Both the position numbers and the translations under genes were made by a program. A DNA stretch of 32,000 nt from Pseudodesulfovibrio piezophilus C1TLV30. GTDB taxonomy: Bacteria > Desulfobacterota > Desulfovibrionia > Desulfovibrionales > Desulfovibrionaceae. The notes under the pieces are model-generated. The model was not told where the DNA came from, searched no databases, and saw only the letters and a program-made list of their open reading frames with translations. Each line of letters starts with the position of its first letter. Position 1 is the first letter of the stretch. Location of the stretch: NCBI RefSeq assembly GCF_000341895.1, contig NC_020409.1, positions 1,590,001 through 1,622,000 of the forward strand, written 5' to 3'. Positions 24,926-32,000 of the stretch are shown piece by piece.

Positions 24926-26224
24926 TTACTCTCGCCCCTTTGGACACCGGATCACGGAATGTCCGGGCTTGCGAATACGAAGCGGCACCACGGAACCGGG
25001 GCCAAAGACCGATTCCATGAACTCGGTATATGCTGCAAAGACATGGAGGGGAACATAGGTTTGAATACTCCCGGCAAAGCCACCTCCTTGGATGCGGCAA
25101 GCGCCCTCACCCCCAAGAAAGCGTTCCGTCAGGGTGAGGGCAAGGGGCACCCCCTGCTCATCGGGCTTGATGGTGCTGCTACAGTTCTGCAACAGCCGCC
25201 AGGAAGAGTCCCCCGAATCCCTGACAAGCTCGAGAAAAGTTTCCATATCAGCCTGTCGCAAGACTTCAGCCTGACTTATGGCACGCTCATTTTCCTCGAC
25301 GAAATGAATCAGACGCAGGATTGCACGATCCCCGGCCATACAGCGGATATCCGCCGCGGCACTCATGATCTGCCCCATGGTTAAACCCCGTGCATATTCC
25401 TGTCCGAGCGCACGGGCGGCCTGTGTCATTTCACGAGGAATTGCGGCATACTCCGGGGTCAGGTCCGCATGACTCCCCCCGGTATCAACGACAGCCAACT
25501 GATAGGCTGTCCGCTGAAAATCACACGCGACATCAGTAACAACCGGCTTTTCCTGATCGAGAAAATCGATACTGAGGACACCTTCAACTGCGCAGGACAG
25601 TTGGTCCATAAGCCCACATGGTTTGTCAAAATGAACATTTTCCGCCCTACGTCCGATACGGGCAAGCGTGACATCATCCACTGAACCGGCGTTATAAAGC
25701 TGATTGAAAATCCTCCCCACACAGACTTCAAAGGCAGCAGAAGAACTCAACCCGGTTCCCATGGGGATATTGCCAGTGACACACGCGTCAAATCCTCCGA
25801 CGGCAAGCCCAGCCCGGACAAAGCCGTCAGCCACGCCCCGGACCAAGGCTGTCGGGTCTCCCACTTCGGAAGGATGAAAGGAGAGGTCGCCAAGATCAAC
25901 TTCAATGGTTTCGGAAAAGCCTTCGGACTTGATACGGACCCTATTCCCGTCCGAAGGGAGAGCAACCGCCAAACAGTCAAAACTGACCGCAGCGGCAAGT
26001 ACAACACCATGATTATGGTCTGTATGGTTTCCACCCAATTCGGTCCTGCCCGGAACACTGACCAGACAGACGGCGCGCTCCTTCGACCACGGCATCATCC
26101 GGGTCAACAGATGCTGCCACCGTTCATGTTGCTGAAGCAGGGCATCTTCCCCATACAAGGCCAACAAGACATCATCCAAATCGCCACGGCACAGGGCCGC
26201 CTTGTACTCTTGGACTGTCGCCAT
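24926..26224 (-). CDS. galK: GHMP-family sugar kinase, galactokinase-like
   Basis: VSVPGRTELGGNHTDHNHG is a variant of the GalK signature GRVNLIGEHTDY. GHMP motif PMGTGLSSSAAF. Its start overlaps the galT stop (TAATG at 26222-26226). Confidence 0.7.
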   Translation of the reverse strand: MATVQEYKAALCRGDLDDVLLALYGEDALLQQHERWQHLLTRMMPWSKERAVCLVSVPGRTELGGNHTDHNHGVVLAAAVSFDCLAVALPSDGNRVRIKSEGFSETIEVDLGDLSFHPSEVGDPTALVRGVADGFVRAGLAVGGFDACVTGNIPMGTGLSSSAAFEVCVGRIFNQLYNAGSVDDVTLARIGRRAENVHFDKPCGLMDQLSCAVEGVLSIDFLDQEKPVVTDVACDFQRTAYQLAVVDTGGSHADLTPEYAAIPREMTQAARALGQEYARGLTMGQIMSAAADIRCMAGDRAILRLIHFVEENERAISQAEVLRQADMETFLELVRDSGDSSWRLLQNCSSTIKPDEQGVPLALTLTERFLGGEGACRIQGGGFAGSIQTYVPLHVFAAYTEFMESVFGPGSVVPLRIRKPGHSVIRCPKGRE

Positions 26225-27282
26225 TAATCATTCTCCAGAGAATCACGGTAATGAACCTCTGACAGTTCACGAAGGCGCAATGCAGCTGATTCAGCTGTCA
26301 GATCTCGCTGGGGCATGGCCATCATTTCAAACCCGACCATGAATTTTTTTACAGATTGGGAACGAAGTAGCGGCGGATAAAAATGCAGATGAAAATGCCA
26401 GTGGGGATGGTCTTTCCCATCCACCGGCTGCTGGTGTATTCCCATGGAATAGGGAAATGAGGTCTGAAAAAGATTGTCATACCGGATGCCGATACGGACC
26501 AGAGCGTCTGCAAGATCCTTGCGCTGGGCTTCGTTCATCTGGGCAATGAATGCCATATGGACTTTGGGCAGGACCATGGTCTCAAAAGGCCACACTGCCC
26601 AAAAAGGAACAATGACAGCAAAGGATTCATTCTCGAAGACGATCCGTTCGCCACGTGCCTGTTCCTGCCGAAGATAACGACACAGAAGACACTCTCCTGT
26701 GTCTTCAAGATGAATCTTTTGGCGTTCCTCTTCCATGGCAGGATACATGGGCACACTCCCGGTCGCCCATATCTGCCCATGAGGGTGCGGATTCGAGCAC
26801 CCCATGACCGCTCCCCGATTCTCGAATATCTGAACATAACCGATCTCAGGACGATTCCCCAAGACTTTGTATTCCCGACACCAAACATCCACGACCTCGG
26901 ATACTGCTTCAACACCAAGGCGGGCCATATTGAGATCATGGCGCGGGGAATAACAGATTACACGACAGACACCTGGCTCCGGCTCAGCCACCAGCAATCC
27001 ATCCGGCTCAAAAAACGATGCCCCAGCAGGGGAATCATCAGGATATAAAGCTGCAAAATCATTCGTAAAAACAAAGACATCACGATATTCTGGATTAACG
27101 CTTCCCCTGGCGCGCTCATTACCGGGGCACAGGTAACACGTCGGATCGTGTGCAGGCAAAGTTCCTCTGTCCGGCTTTTCCTGCTGACCCTGCCACGGCC
27201 GTTTGGTCCGATGGGGTGACACAAGAACCCATTCTCCGGTCAGTTGATTCAAACGCCTATGCGGCTGTTCGTCAAATTTCAT
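26224..27282 (-). CDS. galT: Galactose-1-phosphate uridylyltransferase
   Basis: [32 protein letters not shown].., CYLCPGN.., active-site [14 protein letters not shown] lies 4 nt upstream of the ATG at 27282. The track start at 27462 is an unlikely extension. Confidence 0.85.
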   Translation of the reverse strand: MKFDEQPHRRLNQLTGEWVLVSPHRTKRPWQGQQEKPDRGTLPAHDPTCYLCPGNERARGSVNPEYRDVFVFTNDFAALYPDDSPAGASFFEPDGLLVAEPEPGVCRVICYSPRHDLNMARLGVEAVSEVVDVWCREYKVLGNRPEIGYVQIFENRGAVMGCSNPHPHGQIWATGSVPMYPAMEEERQKIHLEDTGECLLCRYLRQEQARGERIVFENESFAVIVPFWAVWPFETMVLPKVHMAFIAQMNEAQRKDLADALVRIGIRYDNLFQTSFPYSMGIHQQPVDGKDHPHWHFHLHFYPPLLRSQSVKKFMVGFEMMAMPQRDLTAESAALRLRELSEVHYRDSLEND

Positions 27283-27535
27283 GTTTCCCCTGCGATACAA
27301 ACCGTACAAACCGTACACCCCGAACGGCCTCGATATTTCGACCCCGTAAGCCTCGCCCAATGGGTGCAGACAAGACCGCAAACGTTTGCGACACCCACCC
27401 GCAACACAATCATACGGCCGGGTTTCTGTCAAGAACCGGGGCTGAAAACAAGGACTAATCACTCTCAGAGAATTCTATAACAGGCTTAAAATGAAAGGAT
27501 TCATTCACGCCCTAAAGAGAGGACAAAAATGTAAA

Positions 27536-27563
27536 ACCGCTCCCGAGTTGCATCGAGAGCGGT
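27536..27563 (-). terminator. Rho-independent terminator-like hairpin downstream of 27577-27990
   Basis: ACCGCTC(C)CGA...TCGAGAGCGGT stem, followed on the minus strand by TTTTACATTTTT. Confidence 0.5.
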
Positions 27564-27576
27564 GCAAAAGGACGGG

Positions 27577-27990
27577 TTATTCCGCAGGGACCTGTGACAG
27601 AATTTGTCCGACAGTCGCCGCTGCGAGGATGGAGAAACAAAGACGTGCGTCGGTTTCACCGAAACGAACATCCATGTAAATGGTTTCTTCATGTTGATAA
27701 CTTTCAGCCGCAGCCCAAGTGATCAAGGGCAATTCAGTTGTCTCGTTCAAATCGAACTCGACCGGGATCATGCCTTCTTTCTCCGGTCCCATGGCAGCCT
27801 GGCTCATATTGGCGAGACCTTCAGCCATGGAGGTACACACATCAAGGCTGACCGGAAGATACAGTTGCCCGAACTCAAGCAGGCAGACGTCATGATCCTC
27901 AAGCAGCATGGCCTGTGGCGGTTCAGCCAACACCTGAAAAAGATACGGCCCCTTATCTCCGAACTCAATTCTCTGACCTTCTTCGGACAT
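27577..27990 (-). CDS. Hypothetical acidic protein
   Basis: 137-aa ORF. GGAGG lies upstream of the ATG (plus strand ..catcttgcctcc..). No recognisable family. Confidence 0.5.
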   Translation of the reverse strand: MSEEGQRIEFGDKGPYLFQVLAEPPQAMLLEDHDVCLLEFGQLYLPVSLDVCTSMAEGLANMSQAAMGPEKEGMIPVEFDLNETTELPLITWAAAESYQHEETIYMDVRFGETDARLCFSILAAATVGQILSQVPAE

Positions 27991-27998
27991 CTTGCCTC

Positions 27999-28316
27999 CT
28001 AATCTACGTATGAGCAGCAGTAATCGGTGACCTCGGCCACCTTGATTTGAAAAGAAGAATCAGCAGGCACGTTAAAGCTTTCGCCTGCTTTGAAGGTCTC
28101 CCACTCGTGACTCTCGGGAAGCAGAACCGACAGTTCTCCAGTGGTGATATCCATGATCTCGGCTTTTTCCGTGCCGAATTCATATTCTCCGGGCAACATG
28201 ACTCCCAATGTTTTCACCGAACCATCGGCAAAAGTAATCTTCCGACTACTGACATTTCCGTCAAAATAGATATTTGCCGATTTATTCACGGTGACTCCTG
28301 CGAACTCGTCCATCAT
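27999..28316 (-). CDS. ppnP: Pyrimidine/purine nucleoside phosphorylase PpnP (DUF1255/YaiE family)
   Basis: ..ANIYFDGNVSSRKITFADGSVKTLGVMLPGEYEFGTEKAEIMDITTGELSVLLPESHEWETFKAGESFNVPADSSFQIKVAE is collinear with E. coli PpnP (..YFSGKVKSIGF....[58 protein letters not shown]). Confidence 0.85.
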   Translation of the reverse strand: MMDEFAGVTVNKSANIYFDGNVSSRKITFADGSVKTLGVMLPGEYEFGTEKAEIMDITTGELSVLLPESHEWETFKAGESFNVPADSSFQIKVAEVTDYCCSYVD

Positions 28317-28534
28317 CCCTCCCGGGTTCGACTTTTTCTAATCGTCCAATCTGAATCTTTTTCAACAAATCCGTATTAATATAATACTTGCCAGAGACCC
28401 GAAACGTCAAGGACTGACACGGTCTCTCCTTTTCAAACACGCGCATAATTCGCTTCCAACGCAACTTTTCGCTGACCATTGCCAGGAGTTGCTCACTTAT
28501 TGTAGGTTCGTCTGAAAATCACAAGGATATCCAT

Positions 28535-29542
28535 ATGAAAAAAATTCGCCTCGGCATTCTCAGCACTGCCAAAATCGCGCTCACCAAGGTCATCCCAGCC
28601 ATGCAGTCCGGTCGTTATACAGAAGTAACCGCCATTGCTTCCCGATCTATTGAAAATGCCCAAAAGGCCGCATCGGAACTCCATATTCCTCAAATTCATG
28701 AAACGTATGAAGCACTCCTCGCTGACCCTGAGATCGACGCCGTTTATATTCCGCTCCCCAACCACCTGCATATTCCATGGACCATCGAGGCCATGAAAGC
28801 CGGTAAGCATGTCCTCTGTGAAAAACCCATCGGCCTGGACACCAACGAGGTCAACCAACTCATCGACGCAACCAGCCGCTATCCCAATCTCAAAGTGATG
28901 GAAGCCTTCATGTATCGCCACCATCCCCAATGGGTCGAAGCCAAACGACTGATCAAGGCTGGAGAGATTGGCGAATTCATTACTCTCCAATCGTTTTTCT
29001 CCTATTTCAACACCGACCCGGAAAACATTCGCAACAAGGCTGACATCGGCGGTGGTGGCCTCATGGACATAGGGTGCTACAACATTTCACTTTCCCGCTT
29101 TCTTTTTGATGCCGAACCCAAAAGGGTTTGCGGCTTCATGAACACCGATGCCAAATTCGGAACCGACCGTCTCTTCTCCGGCATGCTGGATTTTTCAGGC
29201 AGAATTTCCACTTTTACCTGCGCCACCCAACTCACCGCGTACCAGCGTGTAAACATTCTCGGAACGTCTGGTCGCATTGAAATACTCATCCCGTTCAATG
29301 CCCCGCCCAATGCTCCCACGCAGATAATTCTCCAGCGCGACATGTTGGAAGACGAAGAAGACAAGCTTCGCACCATAACGTTTGGTGTTTCAGACCAGTA
29401 CACCCTCCAGGGAGACCTTTTTGCCAAATCGATACTCGACGACACCCCTGTCCCGACTCCCCTCACCGATGCCTGGGCAAACATGCACACTCTTGAGGCT
29501 CTCTTCACAAGCGCACAATCCAACCAATGGGTTGTTTGTTAA
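28535..29542 (+). CDS. Gfo/Idh/MocA-family NAD(P)-dependent oxidoreductase
   Basis: N-terminal Rossmann segment KIRLGILSTAKIA, the family motif HVLCEKPIGL, and the C-terminal alpha/beta domain. Confidence 0.8.
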   Translation: MKKIRLGILSTAKIALTKVIPAMQSGRYTEVTAIASRSIENAQKAASELHIPQIHETYEALLADPEIDAVYIPLPNHLHIPWTIEAMKAGKHVLCEKPIGLDTNEVNQLIDATSRYPNLKVMEAFMYRHHPQWVEAKRLIKAGEIGEFITLQSFFSYFNTDPENIRNKADIGGGGLMDIGCYNISLSRFLFDAEPKRVCGFMNTDAKFGTDRLFSGMLDFSGRISTFTCATQLTAYQRVNILGTSGRIEILIPFNAPPNAPTQIILQRDMLEDEEDKLRTITFGVSDQYTLQGDLFAKSILDDTPVPTPLTDAWANMHTLEALFTSAQSNQWVVC

Positions 29543-29708
29543 CTGGAATCATTCCATGAAGACTGATCATATTCATGGAGTCACACCAATCTCCACTGCT
29601 TCAAAAAAAGCTTGCACCACTGGGTCGCACAGCGATCGGTGATAAAGAGAAGGACATTCCCACCTCGGGATTTCATACAGTTCTAGCCGCTCCCCAAGTC
29701 CGGATAAG

Positions 29709-29739
29709 AAAAAGGCCCACACATTGTGCAGGCCTTTTT
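29709..29739. terminator. Bidirectional terminator-like hairpin between convergent genes
   Basis: AAAAAGGCC-CACACATTGTGCA-GGCCTTTTT lies between the oxidoreductase (+) and the glutamine synthetase (-) 3' ends. Confidence 0.55.
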
Positions 29740-29762
29740 CATTTATATTTTCCTCACCAAGG

Positions 29763-31946
29763 CTACTTGATGAAAAGGATTTCCTGATAGCTGGGAAGCG
29801 GCCACAGATCATCGGCCACTTCGCCTTCGAGGGTATCGGCTACAGCGCGAACATCCAGCATGGCTGGCAGAATCTTGCTGGTCTTGTATTGAGCTTCTTC
29901 CTCTATGGACTTGAAGTCTTCCTTGATCATCAGCTTCTCAAGAGCAACGATGGACTTATCCAACTTGCCGACCAGATCAGTGATGGCGGACAAGGCAGGA
30001 GTTTCAGCTTTGACACCGGCGGCCTTCAAATTGGCGGCAGTGCCAGCCAACTCGCCCTGGTAACGCATGGCTGCGGGCAGGATGATGGTCTTGGCAATCT
30101 TGACGACCAACTGGGATTCGGTCTGAATATGCTGATTGTACTGCTCATGGTAGATTTCACAACGGGAGTGCAGCTCGTCAGCAGACAGGACGCTGTATTT
30201 CTCGAAGAGTTCGATGACGTCCTTTTCGATCATGGCGGGCAGCGCATCCGGGGTGGTCTTCAGGTTGGGCAGACCGCGCTTGGCAGCTTCTTTCTGCCAT
30301 GCATCAGCATATCCATCGCCATTGAAGACAACATGTCCGTGCTTCTTCATGATACCCTGGATAACCTTCTGACACGCAGCGCTGAGTTTGGAAGCATCAC
30401 CCTTGGTGATTTTTTCAATCTCATCGGCAACGAAATCGAGAGATTCGGCCATCATGGTATTCAGGGCTACCTGAGCACCGGCGATGGACTGATCAGAACC
30501 GACAGCACGGAACTCGAAACGGTTGCCGGTGAAGGCGAACGGTGAAGTACGGTTACGGTCACCGGAATCCATTGGCAACGGAGGCAGTGTATCGACACCG
30601 ACACGGAGCATGCCTTTGGCTTCGGTTCCTTTGAGATCACCCAACTCGATCTGGTTGAAGATCTCTGCCAATTCTCCACCCAGGAAGATGGAAATAATGG
30701 CAGGAGGAGCTTCATTGGCACCCAGACGGTGATCGTTACCAGCGCTGGCAACAACGGAACGAAGCAACTTGCTGTATTTTTCCACAGCGCGGATAGTGGC
30801 GGCGGTGATAGCCAGGAACTGCATGTTCTCAGCCGGAGTATCGCCCGGAGAGTACAAAGAACCCTGAGTCGGAGTGGACAGGGAATAGTTCAGGTGCTTC
30901 CCGGAACCATTGATACCGGCGAACGGTTTTTCATGCAACAGACACGCCATGCCATGACGTTTGGCAACGGACTTCAGAGTGGTCATGATCATCTGATTGT
31001 GATCAGTGGCCAGGTTGGATTGCTCATAGAGCGGTGCGATTTCGAACTGGCCAGGAGCAACCTCGTTATGACGGGTTTTGACAGGCACGCCGAGTTTGTA
31101 GAGTTCCCGTTCGACTTCCAGCATGAAAGACAGAACGCGACGCGGGATGGCACCAAAGTAGTGGTCATCCAATTCCTGCCCCTTGGCAGGTTTGGCGCCA
31201 AACAGAGTCCGTCCGCAGACCATCAGGTCAGGGCGGGCAAAGTAGAAATTACGGTCAAGCAGAAAATACTCCTGCTCGGGACCGGCGTTGGAAACAACCA
31301 TGTTTCCATCATCGTTGCCAAAGAGAGACAGGAAGCGGCGTCCGGCTTTATTAATAGCCTGATTTGCGCGCAGCAGCGGAGTCTTTTTGTCCAGCGCATG
31401 TCCCTTCCAGGAAATGAAGGCAGTGGGAATGCACAGGAAGGTACCATTGGGATTTTCCAGAATGTAAGCCGGATTGGTCAAATCCCAGGCAGTATATCCA
31501 CGAGCCTCGAAAGTCGCGCGCAAACCGCCGGACGGGAAGCTGGAAGCATCAGGTTCGCCCTGGATGAGCAGCTTACCGTCAAATTCTGCAATAGCACCAC
31601 CTTGGCCGTCAGGGGACAGGAAACCATCATGCTTTTCAGCAGTCAGCCCAGTCAGAGGATAGAAAACGTGAGTGTAGTGGGTTGCACCTTTTGCGATGGC
31701 CCACTCTTTCATGGCGGCGGCAATGGGACCGGCGATGGTCGGGTCCATTTCTTCGCCAGCCTGTTTGGTGGCCATCAGAGATTTATATATCTCTTTGGGC
31801 AGCATTGCCTTCATGACCTTGTCACTGAAGACATTGGAACCAAAGACGTCCGTCGGGGATGTCTCTGCAAAATTCAGTGGTTTAACAGTCGGTTGGTAGT
31901 TGGTCACCGCAGCAATGGCGGTCTGACGAGTCTGGTATCCGCTCAT
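29763..31946 (-). CDS. glnN: Glutamine synthetase, type III
   Basis: 727 aa, which is the GSIII length class. The N-terminus ..[50 protein letters not shown] and the core ..[37 protein letters not shown] are typical of GlnN. Confidence 0.85.
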   Translation of the reverse strand: MSGYQTRQTAIAAVTNYQPTVKPLNFAETSPTDVFGSNVFSDKVMKAMLPKEIYKSLMATKQAGEEMDPTIAGPIAAAMKEWAIAKGATHYTHVFYPLTGLTAEKHDGFLSPDGQGGAIAEFDGKLLIQGEPDASSFPSGGLRATFEARGYTAWDLTNPAYILENPNGTFLCIPTAFISWKGHALDKKTPLLRANQAINKAGRRFLSLFGNDDGNMVVSNAGPEQEYFLLDRNFYFARPDLMVCGRTLFGAKPAKGQELDDHYFGAIPRRVLSFMLEVERELYKLGVPVKTRHNEVAPGQFEIAPLYEQSNLATDHNQMIMTTLKSVAKRHGMACLLHEKPFAGINGSGKHLNYSLSTPTQGSLYSPGDTPAENMQFLAITAATIRAVEKYSKLLRSVVASAGNDHRLGANEAPPAIISIFLGGELAEIFNQIELGDLKGTEAKGMLRVGVDTLPPLPMDSGDRNRTSPFAFTGNRFEFRAVGSDQSIAGAQVALNTMMAESLDFVADEIEKITKGDASKLSAACQKVIQGIMKKHGHVVFNGDGYADAWQKEAAKRGLPNLKTTPDALPAMIEKDVIELFEKYSVLSADELHSRCEIYHEQYNQHIQTESQLVVKIAKTIILPAAMRYQGELAGTAANLKAAGVKAETPALSAITDLVGKLDKSIVALEKLMIKEDFKSIEEEAQYKTSKILPAMLDVRAVADTLEGEVADDLWPLPSYQEILFIK

Positions 31947-32000
31947 GTAAATACTCCTTCAGGCAAGTAAAAATGGATTTTCCGGCTCAATCCGGGCCAA

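Noticed and set aside
27283-27462. 60-aa N-terminal extension of galT in the ORF track
   Set aside because: GalT homology starts at MKFDEQPH.., which has its own AGGGGA RBS. The extension contains the tandem 9-mer and looks non-coding.

Overview
The window has three parts. (1) Bases 1-1869 are the 3' part of a divergent GlmS-like gene (amidotransferase plus tandem SIS domains). (2) Bases ~1874-13903 are a decayed ~12 kb Tn7-like transposon, inserted a few bases after that gene's stop codon. It has recognisable TGT...ACA ends and TnsB-type repeats. Its tnsA carries an in-frame stop, and its tnsB is cut off by an intact IS3-family element. No tnsC or tnsD is present. Its cargo is an array of 5'-truncated CdiA/FhaB-type polymorphic toxin C-terminal cassettes, each followed by a small putative immunity gene. 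There are four complete cassettes, one decayed copy and one stub. Each cassette starts with the same terminator hairpin and a conserved 5' coding stretch. No full-length cdiA/fhaB or cdiB/tpsB is in the window. The island also holds an IS2-like fragment and a broken gamma-class N6-adenine DNA methyltransferase. A fossil second Tn7-like right end (13909-14028) lies directly after the left end, which suggests repeated use of this attachment site. (3) Bases 14.0-32 kb look like ordinary chromosome. They encode a DUF2721 protein, two paralogous membrane-anchored proteins, an HD-GYP protein, a sugar ABC transporter next to a Leloir galactose cluster (galT, galK-like, LacI-type regulator, galM), ppnP, a Gfo/Idh/MocA oxidoreductase and a type III glutamine synthetase. 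All family assignments come from reading the translations by eye and from remembered family signatures. No database search was run.
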